Source: an uncultured Acidobacteriota bacterium (GTDB taxonomy: Bacteria; Acidobacteriota; UBA6911; RPQK01; JAPXNP01). From it: DNA of 64,000 nucleotides. Positions 10,587-18,872 of this stretch are shown here, in pieces; the stretch's first letter is position 1; every line of letters begins with the position of its first letter. The DNA lies in the NCBI GenBank assembly GCA_963777605.1, contig CAVZRV010000008.1, forward strand, positions 352,001 to 416,000. Direction: 5' to 3'. The position numbers and the translations under genes are program-made. The notes under the pieces were generated by a model. The model was not told the DNA's origin, made no database searches, and saw nothing but the letters and a program-made list of their open reading frames with translations.

Positions 10587-11377
10587 GGTTTGCCCTCCTT
10601 GGGAAACCAGGGGAAGAAGGCACTGGTGGTTTGCTGGTACCTGCGGTACTCCTCGCCCCGACTGGCCAGGGCCCGAGCTTCGGTTGCGGGGATGCCGGTG
10701 ATCTTGAAAAGAAAGAAGAACATGAGGGCGGGGGCGATCAGTGTCAGGCCCCAATAGCCGGATCCCCAGCCGAGGGCCACGTAGGCCCACCAGTAGATCC
10801 ACTCGAAGAAGTAGTTGGGGTGACGGGAATAGCGCCAGAGTCCGTCCCGGCAGGTCTTGCCCCGGTTGTCCGGATTCCCGCGAAAGCGGGCCAGTTGCCG
10901 GTCGGCGAGCGATTCTCCAACCACTGCAACGACGCCGATGGCGAGTCCCAACCAATCGTGAGTGGCTGGCGCGGGTGCCCGGGAGAACGCGACGACCTGG
11001 AACGGGATCGCAAGTCCGATAACCAGGAGTGCCTGGAACTGGAAGAAGAAAAACAGGTTAAAGTCGGTCCGCTCCCCCCAGCTTTGACGCAGCGCGGCGT
11101 AACGACCGTCCTCGGTCCCACGGAGGATGCGGTCAAACAGGAGGTAGCCGGCCAGGCGGAATCCCCAGGCGCCCGCGAGCAACCCGAGGAGGATACGGCG
11201 CGTGGGATCGCCTCCCGCGGTTGCGGCGATGAAGACCGCCATCGCTCCAAGCCCCGCGGCCCAGGCGACGTCGACGACCCCGGCGTCCCGGGTCCGGCGT
11301 TGCAGCAGCCAAAGAGCCGTCATGACGAGGAAGAGGACAACCAGACCGATCGCACTCTGTTGCCATGGTGAAAGCAT
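10583..11377 (-). CDS. DUF1295 membrane protein (steroid 5-alpha-reductase-like)
   Basis: VVDVAW, EDGRY, ADRQLARF, GLWRYSRHPNYFFEW, YRRYQQTTSAFFPW. Confidence 0.88.
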   Translation of the reverse strand: MLSPWQQSAIGLVVLFLVMTALWLLQRRTRDAGVVDVAWAAGLGAMAVFIAATAGGDPTRRILLGLLAGAWGFRLAGYLLFDRILRGTEDGRYAALRQSWGERTDFNLFFFFQFQALLVIGLAIPFQVVAFSRAPAPATHDWLGLAIGVVAVVGESLADRQLARFRGNPDNRGKTCRDGLWRYSRHPNYFFEWIYWWAYVALGWGSGYWGLTLIAPALMFFFLFKITGIPATEARALASRGEEYRRYQQTTSAFFPWFPKEGKP

Positions 11378-11934
11378 CAGCTCTTACCTCCTTCCGCAAT
11401 TTTCGTTAGTTGAGGAACGGCAATTCCCCAGGCCACGGCGAGTGCCATGATCCCGACCCACCGGGGAGTTGAAAAGTTGACCGCTCCCAGTCGTTCTCCG
11501 GCGAGATAGGCCAGGGGGCCGAATACCGCTCCCGCGACGGTTGCCACCAGCGGGCGTCCGAGGAGCCAGGACATGGAACTGCGGAGGGTCATGGAGAAAT
11601 TGACCCACATGGCGATGAGCCAGGGCGGGCTGAGCCATCCAACCAGGCTTCCCGCGTAGACGAGGAGCCCGGTTGCTGCGAACGCAGAGTCGAAGAGAAT
11701 TCCGAACACTGCAGAAATCAGGGCCAGGCGGAGTTCGCGCCTGCGAGCAGGTTCGATGAACAGGTGTGCCGAAAAGAGCCCGGCGACGACGGCCGGGCCG
11801 GCCCAGGCATATCCGTGGGCCGCCCCCAGGATGCAGGCGAACCACCCGATCTGGAATCCGAGGAAGTTGAACGCCTTCCTCCAGGTCGGGTTGACAGCGG
11901 GAGCGGCTGAGACCGGGACGGCGCCTTCGTTCAT
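11377..11934 (-). CDS. DUF2878 membrane protein
   Basis: NFLGFQIGWFACI, PPWLIAMWVNF, GAVFGPLAYLAGERLGA; start MNEGAV overlaps the cfa stop. Confidence 0.8.
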   Translation of the reverse strand: MNEGAVPVSAAPAVNPTWRKAFNFLGFQIGWFACILGAAHGYAWAGPAVVAGLFSAHLFIEPARRRELRLALISAVFGILFDSAFAATGLLVYAGSLVGWLSPPWLIAMWVNFSMTLRSSMSWLLGRPLVATVAGAVFGPLAYLAGERLGAVNFSTPRWVGIMALAVAWGIAVPQLTKIAEGGKS

Positions 11935-13196
11935 TGCCTCCCTCCGAGAGGCTTGTCGAGCACGAGGTGGACGTCGCCGATGTGCCGTTCGCTGAAGCCG
12001 CCCTCGCAGTAGCAGAAGTAGAAGTCCCAGAGTCGAATGAACTCCTCCGAGCATCCCAGCGCCCGGATCCGGTCGAGCGACTCGTGAAAGCGTTCCCGCC
12101 AGCGACGCAGAGTGAGGACGTAGTGCCTGGTGATGTCTTCAATCGACACCCACTTGAGGCTGGTCGACTGATCGACGATCGATCGCATCAGGCCGACCGA
12201 CGGCAGCGCGCTTCCGGGAAAGATGTAGTGCTTGATGAAGTCAACGGAGTGCAGCGCCTGCTCGAGGAACTCGTCGGCGATGGTGATGGCCTGGAGGACC
12301 ATGCGACCTCCCGGTCTGAGCAGGGATTCGCACTTCCTGAAGTACCCTTCCAGGAAATCGTACCCGACGGCCTCGATCATTTCGATGGAAACCAGCTTGT
12401 CGAAGGTTCCTGCGAGGTCCCGGTAGTCCGCCAGCAGCACGGTGATCCGGTCGGAGAGTCCTGCCTGCTCGATTCTCTCGCGGGCGAGCTTGTACTGTTC
12501 TGCCGAGATGGTTGTCGTGGTCACACGGCAGCCGTGACGCTGAACGGCACGGATCGCGAACCCACCCCAGCCCGTGCCGATTTCGAGGACGTGATCGTCG
12601 GGGCCGAGTTCGAGCCGGTCGCAAATCCGGTCGATCTTGGCCAACGAGGCATCGCGCAGAGACATTTCCTCGGCTGTGAAGTAGGCGCTCGAGTACATCA
12701 TGGTCTCGTCGAGAAAGAGCTGAAAGAATTCGTTGCCCAGGTCGTAATGGCTTCGAATGTTCCTCCGGCTGCCGGAGCGCGTGTTGCGCCGAAACGAGTG
12801 GAGGAGCCGAAACGCCGGCGCGGCGATGCGCCCGAGCCGCCCGTCGATCGATTCGAGGAGGCGGCGGTTTCGGACAAAGATCCTTACCACGGCCGGCAGG
12901 TTGTCGCAGTCCCAGAGTCCCTCCATATAGGAACCCCCGGCGCCCACACTCCCCTGCAACGCCAGCCTGGAATAGAACCGGGGATCGTTCACCCGTACTA
13001 CGGCGTGAAGGTCAGGATGACTGTCGGACTTGCCAAAGCTCCGGGTCAGTCCGTTCTCCACCAGTGTGAGATGCCCCTCGGACATCTGTTCGAGGACCGA
13101 GAACACCTTTCGCCGAACCAGTCCGTTGAGCAGACCGGTCCTCCTGAATCCTGGCGTGGTGGGATTCAGGGTGAGATCTTGGGCGGTCTTCATCAT
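11931..13196 (-). CDS. cfa: Cyclopropane-fatty-acyl-phospholipid synthase family methyltransferase (Cfa/UfaM-like)
   Basis: NIRSHYDLGNEFF, TMMYSSA, VLEIGTGWGG, SIEMIEAVG, FIKHYIFPG, WDFYFCYCEGGF. Confidence 0.9.
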   Translation of the reverse strand: MMKTAQDLTLNPTTPGFRRTGLLNGLVRRKVFSVLEQMSEGHLTLVENGLTRSFGKSDSHPDLHAVVRVNDPRFYSRLALQGSVGAGGSYMEGLWDCDNLPAVVRIFVRNRRLLESIDGRLGRIAAPAFRLLHSFRRNTRSGSRRNIRSHYDLGNEFFQLFLDETMMYSSAYFTAEEMSLRDASLAKIDRICDRLELGPDDHVLEIGTGWGGFAIRAVQRHGCRVTTTTISAEQYKLARERIEQAGLSDRITVLLADYRDLAGTFDKLVSIEMIEAVGYDFLEGYFRKCESLLRPGGRMVLQAITIADEFLEQALHSVDFIKHYIFPGSALPSVGLMRSIVDQSTSLKWVSIEDITRHYVLTLRRWRERFHESLDRIRALGCSEEFIRLWDFYFCYCEGGFSERHIGDVHLVLDKPLGGRQ

Positions 13197-13963
13197 TGAT
13201 CAACCTCCGGGTCGAGTTTTGCGGGATGGGTGTGAAAGGGTGTCTTCTTGAGCCAGAGAATGAAGGCGTTCCAGTAGATCGCTGCCATCACCCTGGCCGT
13301 CATCAGGGGATAGTTCAGGAGGGTTCGGTTCAATGCTCCTTCCGAGACTTCGAGCCGGCGAAGAAGCAGCGTGGCGTCAAACAATTTCCGCCCCTGTTGG
13401 AAGTTCTCCATGTGAACGTTGAGCGTGCTGCCGGGAACCGTCCAGAACCAGTCATAGTCAACCTCCATGCCCATGAACGGTGAGACGTGGAAGTCCTTTC
13501 TGAAACGGAACCTCTTTTTTCCTGCAGAACCCAGGTTGGAATCTTCGCTGAGGACGTAACAGTGGCGTTCGTCCCATGGCGTGTTGTTGATCTCCACCAG
13601 GGTGGTTTCCAGTGCCTGCCCCGACGGATCGAAACAGAAGTAGAAGGTCACGGGGTTGAAGCAGTAGCCGAAGTACCGAAAATGAGTCAGCATCCGAACC
13701 GGGCCGGAAGGAGATTTCCCGGTGAGCGTGCGGACCCGGCTGCGGACGGCATCGGGAAGCGGACCATCAACCGGTCGCAGGTAGTCTTCGCGACGGTACC
13801 GGGCGGGAGCGAACCGATCCCGCGACCAGAGCCGGCTTTGGGCCAGGAACTCTTCAATTTCATCCAGGTCGAGGTACACCTGGAAAACCCGGTAATCAAA
13901 CTCGTGGGGTCTAGGCAAAAAGCGCCGATGGCGGATGGTTCCGGTGTAGAGACAGCTGTTCAT
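13193..13963 (-). CDS. DUF1365 family protein
   Basis: LYTGTIRHRRF, GYCFNPVTFYFC, EINNTPWDERHCY, KDFHVSPFM, IYWNAFILWLKK. Confidence 0.88.
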   Translation of the reverse strand: MNSCLYTGTIRHRRFLPRPHEFDYRVFQVYLDLDEIEEFLAQSRLWSRDRFAPARYRREDYLRPVDGPLPDAVRSRVRTLTGKSPSGPVRMLTHFRYFGYCFNPVTFYFCFDPSGQALETTLVEINNTPWDERHCYVLSEDSNLGSAGKKRFRFRKDFHVSPFMGMEVDYDWFWTVPGSTLNVHMENFQQGRKLFDATLLLRRLEVSEGALNRTLLNYPLMTARVMAAIYWNAFILWLKKTPFHTHPAKLDPEVDQ

Positions 13964-15210
13964 CAGCGGAGCCTCGCACCGAGGTGTGCGCAAACGTCGA
14001 GAGCGCTCGCCACGCCGTCTTCATGGAACCCATAGCCCCAGTAAGCTCCGCAGTAGAAAGTCCGGTTTCGCCCGCTGATTTCATGTTTGCGCCGCTGAGC
14101 GGCGACCGATTGGGCTGAAAACGCCGGGTGTTCATAGCTGAGCCTCTTGATGATGCGGTCGGGGGCGATCTGTTCCTGGCGATTCAGCGTGACGCAATAG
14201 TGTTCCCGGCTGGTAAGGTTCTGCAGGGAATTCATCGAGTAGGTGACGCTGGGCCGGTTGTCGGCTCGCATGGGGAGGTGGTAGTTCCAACTGGCGCGGG
14301 CAAGGGGGCGGCGCGGCAGAAGATCGACGTCGGTATGAAGAACCGTGTCGTTGGTCGTGTACGGAATGGAACTCAGGATGTCCCGCTCTTCGTCTGACGG
14401 ATCGGTGAGCATTTGAAGGGCCTGGTCGCTGTGGGTCGCGATCACTACCTGGTCGAACCGCTCCGTGTTCCCGTCCCCGGAGGTCAGTGAGACCGCATTG
14501 GGCAGGCGGCGGATCGCGGTGACCGGCGTTTGAAGCCGGATCGAGTCGTCGAATGGCCGGGTCAGGGGTGCGATGTAGGAAGAGGATCCCCCTTTGAGCA
14601 CCCTCCACTGGGGACGGTCGGACACCTGGAGAAAACCGTGGTTGTCGAAGAACTGGACCAGAAACCGTACCGGGAGAGACTCGATCCCCTGCCGTCCGGT
14701 GGACCAGATCGCGGCGGCCATGGGAAAAAGGTGCCAATCTCTGAACTCCCTCGAGTAACCGTTCTGCTCCAGGTAGTCGCCCAGGGTCAGGTCGGTTTCC
14801 GGAGTGATGATCACTTCGCGCGCCTCCCGGTAGAACCGGAAGATTTCCCTGACCATTCGGAGAAACCGGAGGCTGAACAGGTTACGGCGCTGGGCGAAAA
14901 GGGTATTGAGAGAGGTCCCGTTATACTCCAGTCCGCTCTCTTCGTCGCGAACGCTGAAACTCATCGTGGAAGGTTCGGTTTCCACTTTCAACTGTTTCAA
15001 CAGCCGGGTGAAGTTGGGGTAGTTCTCGGGGTTGAAGACGATGAAACCGGTATCGACGTTGACCGTCTCGTCTTCGGAATCGACTCGGACCGTGCGGGTG
15101 TGGCCTCCCAAGTAGTCGTTGGCCTCGTAAACCACGACGTCGTGATCGCGCGAGAGGAGGTAGGCGCAGACGAGACCCGAAATGCCGCTTCCGACGACTG
15201 CTATCCTCAC
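13963..15210 (-). CDS. FAD-dependent oxidoreductase (amine-oxidase/dehydrogenase family of cfa-DUF1365 operons)
   Basis: RIAVVGSGISG, EANDYLGGHT, VDTGFIVFN, CGAYWGYGFHEDG; GTG start 15210 overlaps the desaturase stop. Confidence 0.88.
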   Translation of the reverse strand: MRIAVVGSGISGLVCAYLLSRDHDVVVYEANDYLGGHTRTVRVDSEDETVNVDTGFIVFNPENYPNFTRLLKQLKVETEPSTMSFSVRDEESGLEYNGTSLNTLFAQRRNLFSLRFLRMVREIFRFYREAREVIITPETDLTLGDYLEQNGYSREFRDWHLFPMAAAIWSTGRQGIESLPVRFLVQFFDNHGFLQVSDRPQWRVLKGGSSSYIAPLTRPFDDSIRLQTPVTAIRRLPNAVSLTSGDGNTERFDQVVIATHSDQALQMLTDPSDEERDILSSIPYTTNDTVLHTDVDLLPRRPLARASWNYHLPMRADNRPSVTYSMNSLQNLTSREHYCVTLNRQEQIAPDRIIKRLSYEHPAFSAQSVAAQRRKHEISGRNRTFYCGAYWGYGFHEDGVASALDVCAHLGARLR

Positions 15211-16154
15211 AGGGTTTTCGCACTCCGGACGTGTTCGGGGACTCCTCTCAGTTCCCAGATCAGTCCAAGCCAGGATAGGACCTTGAGTCCGTAGTAGGTG
15301 ATGTCGATTTCCCACCAGTAGAAACCCTGTCGGGTGGCCGCAGGGAAATGGTGGTGATTGTTGTGCCATCCCTCACCGAGCGTGACCAGCGACAGGATGA
15401 AGCTGTTCCGGCTGGTGTCGGTTGTCTCGTAACGACGGCGGCCGAACGTGTGGGCCAGCGAATTGATGGTGCAGGTTCCGTGGAACAGGAACACGGTTGA
15501 AATGAAGAACCCCCAGACCAGCATCTGGGGACCGCTGGTTCCCAGGGACGGTGCAAGCCATCCGAGCAGTGCCCCCAGGCCAAGCATGGAGGCGGCCACC
15601 GCGACCGTGACCACGATGTCGAACCGGTCCAGGAATCGGAGTTCCGGGTAGCGGGCCAGGTCCTTGACGTACTCCAGCCTGGTCGGAAAGTTCGCCTTGC
15701 TCGTGATCCACCCGACGTGACTCCAGATAAAACCGTGCTGAGACGGCGAGTGAACGTCGTTCTCCTTGTCGGAGTAGCGGTGGTGGTAGCGGTGGTGGGC
15801 GGCCCACCAGAGCGGACCCTTCTGAATGGCGGCACTTCCCCAAAGAGCGAAAAGGAACTGTCCCACCCGACTGGTCTTGAACGTCCGATGCGAGAAATAG
15901 CGATGGTAGAAGCCGGTGATGGCGAACATCCGGACGAAGTAGAATGCCGCGGCAACCCCCAGGGCAGTCCAGCTGAAGCCGACCCAGATTACTCCCAGGC
16001 ATCCCAGGTGGAGGAAGATAAAGGGGATCACCCGAATCCAGTCCACCTCAAAGGAATCAGCGGGCACGTTTTGGTTGCCGGCCCAGCTGTCAAACCAGCG
16101 GACGAACGAAGTGAGGAAGGAGGCTGAAGGTCGCGATTCTGAGAGAGTAGTCAT
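15207..16154 (-). CDS. Acyl-CoA (delta-9-type) fatty acid desaturase
   Basis: His boxes HRYFSH, HRYHH, HNNHH; GEGWHNNHH; WWEIDITYY. Confidence 0.92.
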   Translation of the reverse strand: MTTLSESRPSASFLTSFVRWFDSWAGNQNVPADSFEVDWIRVIPFIFLHLGCLGVIWVGFSWTALGVAAAFYFVRMFAITGFYHRYFSHRTFKTSRVGQFLFALWGSAAIQKGPLWWAAHHRYHHRYSDKENDVHSPSQHGFIWSHVGWITSKANFPTRLEYVKDLARYPELRFLDRFDIVVTVAVAASMLGLGALLGWLAPSLGTSGPQMLVWGFFISTVFLFHGTCTINSLAHTFGRRRYETTDTSRNSFILSLVTLGEGWHNNHHHFPAATRQGFYWWEIDITYYGLKVLSWLGLIWELRGVPEHVRSAKTL

Positions 16155-16157
16155 AGG

Positions 16158-16622
16158 CTAATCCTGGATTGCGGCGAGGGCCTTCTCGACACTCGCCTTG
16201 GGGCTGACCTTATAGACGGCATCGACGATATTCCCGGATCCGTCAATTACGAACTGGCTTCGAATGATTCCCATGTACTTCTTTCCGTACATGGACTTCT
16301 CTCCCCAGACCCCATAAGCCTCTGCCAGTGAATGATCCTCGTCGACCAGGAGAGCAAAGGGGAGGTCGTACTTGGATTTGAACTTTACATGAGACTGCAC
16401 CCCGTCCGGGCTCACGCCGATGACCACTGCATTGCGGTCCTCCAGTTCGGAGTGGGCGTCCCGAAAGGAACAGGCCTGCGTCGTGCATCCGCTCGTATTG
16501 TCCTTGGGGTAGAAGTAGAGAATCACGGTCTTTCCGCGAAAATCGCTGAGCTTGACCTTCTGGTTCTGATCGTCAATTGCCTCAAATTCAGGAGCCGTGT
16601 CTCCCGCTTTCAACTTGGCCAT
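16158..16622 (-). CDS. bcp: Thioredoxin-dependent peroxiredoxin Bcp
   Basis: LYFYPKDNTSGCTTQAC motif; SD GGAGGG upstream. Confidence 0.92.
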   Translation of the reverse strand: MAKLKAGDTAPEFEAIDDQNQKVKLSDFRGKTVILYFYPKDNTSGCTTQACSFRDAHSELEDRNAVVIGVSPDGVQSHVKFKSKYDLPFALLVDEDHSLAEAYGVWGEKSMYGKKYMGIIRSQFVIDGSGNIVDAVYKVSPKASVEKALAAIQD

Positions 16623-16696
16623 AACGCCCTCCTGTTCCTGTGAACTGAATGCTTGCTAACGGTGTGAAGTTGTCGAAACTTATTGATGAAGGAATC

Positions 16697-16735
16697 CTGG
16701 ACAAAGATTCTACCTTGTCCAAGTTTCTTTTGCAG
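16697..16735 (-). promoter_or_regulatory. Putative sigma70 promoter and operator of the bcp-desaturase-cfa operon
   Basis: Minus strand CTGCAA-17-TAGAAT with AACTTGGACA in the spacer; TGGACAA...TTGTCCA inverted repeat around the -10; same 10-mer in the carH promoter. Confidence 0.55.
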
Positions 16736-16739
16736 CAGC

Positions 16740-16871
16740 GTAGTCCAGCCTGCCAGGCTGGTATGGTGACCGGGCAGCCTGCCCGGTCGTGCTCGGAAGC
16801 CCTGATCGAGACGTCTCTTCGGGCCAGGCAAGCTGCCTGGCAGACATACCCGGCAGGGTTGCCGGGATTAC
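16740..16871. repeat. REPIN-like element of four hairpins bounded by GTAG and inverted GTAA (family C)
   Basis: gtagtccagcctgccaggctgg ... gccaggcaagctgcctggcagacatacccggcagggttgccgggattac; right half recurs at 47356-47404. Confidence 0.7.
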
Positions 16872-16872
16872 A

Positions 16873-17745
16873 CTATCTCATCGCCTCGATAATCTGGCGG
16901 TAGCCTTCCCGATACGACGGGAAGCGGAATTGATAGCCGGTGGCTTTCAGCCGGTGGTTCCGGCAGCGCTTGTTTCCTCGGGTTCTGGTTGCCTCGGCGA
17001 CCCGGGCGGGCTTCGGAGCGCCCGAGTTGGTCGGCCAGCCAGTCGAGCAGTTCACAGCGGGCGACCGGATCATCATCGGATGCGATGTAGAGCGGGTCGG
17101 CCCGGTCGAAGAACAGGAGGTGTTCCAGGACCGCGGCGCAGTCGTCTACGTGGATCCGGTTGGTGTAGATCGGGTGGCCCTTCGGCGCAGACTTCCTCTC
17201 CGCGCTGAACCCTGCGAAGCAACCGGATGCGGGTCGGTCCGTAGATTCCGGAAAAGCGAACCACGGTGCCCGGGAAACTCGAGCCAAGAAGCTGCTGCTC
17301 GCCTTCAAAGAGATGTCGCCGAAAGTCGGACCCGGGATTGACCGGGGTTTCTTCGTCCACCCAGGAGCCGTCTTCAACGCCATACAGGCTCGTACTCGAA
17401 GACATGAGGATGCGGCGCGGTGTTTGGCCCTGGTCTCTGAGTCGGGAGAGGAGATTCGCCATCCCGTCCAGGTAGGCCCGTCGATAACCGTCATCGCTTC
17501 GACTGTCGCTCGAGGCGAGGTAGAAAACTGCATCGAGACGATCGGGAATCGCTGCCAGGCTTTCCGGGACCGAGAGGTCCGCGCGAATGCCCTTGATGCC
17601 ATTCGGGAAGACGCTCAATCGACCGCCTGATCCCCCAGACTTCGGCTTCTCGCTCAGAAGCCGAAGGCCGAGAGCGGTGCCCACCAGGCCACAGCCCGCA
17701 ATCAATACGCGCAGGATATTCTCCTTTTGAAAGCAGTTGTTTCAT
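16873..17745 (-). CDS. Atypical SDR / NAD-dependent epimerase family protein with several single-base indels
   Basis: Reconstructed LRVLIAGCGLVG...VWGIRR...SSTSLYG...WVDEETP...RFSGIYGP...YTNRIHVDDCA...NKRCRNHRLKATGYQFRFPSYREG across ORF fragments. Confidence 0.75.
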
Positions 17746-18738
17746 AGGATTTCACCGGGCTCGTGCTGGCCCGGCCGAGATTTCGCTAGTACCTCAAACT
17801 GCGCAGGGTCATGCTGAAATGTCGAAATGCCCTCAACCAGGTGCGCGGAGATCGTGTTCAAAGCGGACCGGTACGAAGGAGCGGCCCGGCCGCCGACGAT
17901 CACGTGCGGACCGTCCCCGACCAGGCGACGCAATCGAACCAATTCCCGCTCCAGGTGCGGGTCGTCGGCAGGGTACACGATGCTGAGAGCGATCACCCTT
18001 ACCCCTTTTTGAACCGCCGCAGCGGCGATCTCCTCAGCGGGCAGGTTGGCACCGAGATAAGTTACTTTCCACCCTTCCGCAGCCGCGGCCGCGGCTGCCA
18101 TCAAGCCGCCGAGTTCGTGGAACTGGCGCACCGGGCTGGACACCAGGATCGGGGGGGCATTATCGGCTGCCAGAGCGGTCGCCTGGATATTGGTCAACAG
18201 GGCGCCGACCACCGCCGAAGCCATGTGCTCGTGGGTCACGCGCATGGTTCCGTGTTCCCAGCGTTCGCCGATCTCAACGAGCAGCGGGAACGATCAGGTC
18301 CTCGATCACCTTCTGGGGGCTGAGCTCAACCATTGCCCGCTCCAGCAGGTATTGGAGTTCCTGGGCATCGAGATCTTCAACCGCAGCCAGAGAGGCTGCC
18401 AGGAGAGAGCCGTTCTCGGAACGTTTCCCCCGCGGACGGGCCAGCCGCGGGGCGTTTGCGATTGCTTCCTGGTCAAGCGAAACCAGTTCCTTCAATTCAC
18501 CGGTCGAGAGATCTCCGATCTGACCGATCTGCCGTCCCGAAAGGGTCGCCTGCCGAAGCAGAATCAGCCTTTCCACGTCTCCATCGGTATAGTACCGGCG
18601 ATTCGTCCCGCTGCGTGACGGGACGATGGCACCGTAGCGCCGTTCCCAGGCTCGGATCACGTCCGGCTTCAAGCCGGTTCTTCGTGAAACGACTCCAATG
18701 GAATGTCGGCTGATGGGTCCTCTGGTTTCTCGTTCCAC
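17742..18738 (-). CDS. MerR-family cobalamin-binding photoreceptor/repressor (CarH/LitR type), one frameshift near 18287
   Basis: HTH with IRAWERRY; W-x9-EH (WEHGTMRVTHEH); QFHELG, YLGANLP, ALSIV, IVGG B12-binding elements; one extra C in gttcccgctg joins ORFs 18274..18849 and 17742..18245. Confidence 0.85.
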
Positions 18739-18744
18739 GAGCCC

Positions 18745-18780
18745 ATCATAGGATTGCTGTCCAAGTTGTGTCAATGTACA
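18745..18780 (-). promoter_or_regulatory. carH/litR promoter TTGACA-18-TATGAT with TnnACA repeats (putative auto-operator)
   Basis: Minus strand TGTACA TTGACA caact TGGACA gcaatcc TATGAT; TTGACA and TGGACA are 11 bp apart; -10 lies 6 nt before the GTG start. Confidence 0.7.
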
Positions 18781-18872
18781 AACCGGTTTGTTGCCGGGTG
18801 TCTCCAGGTCTGTCCAGCAGGGTATGCCTCTGGGCTCAGGATAGGACATAATTCCATTCCGGAAGTTTCTAC

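Noticed and set aside
18783-18832. Possible third degenerate copy of the family-C hairpin repeat
   Set aside because: Similarity is limited to short stretches and the stems are broken.
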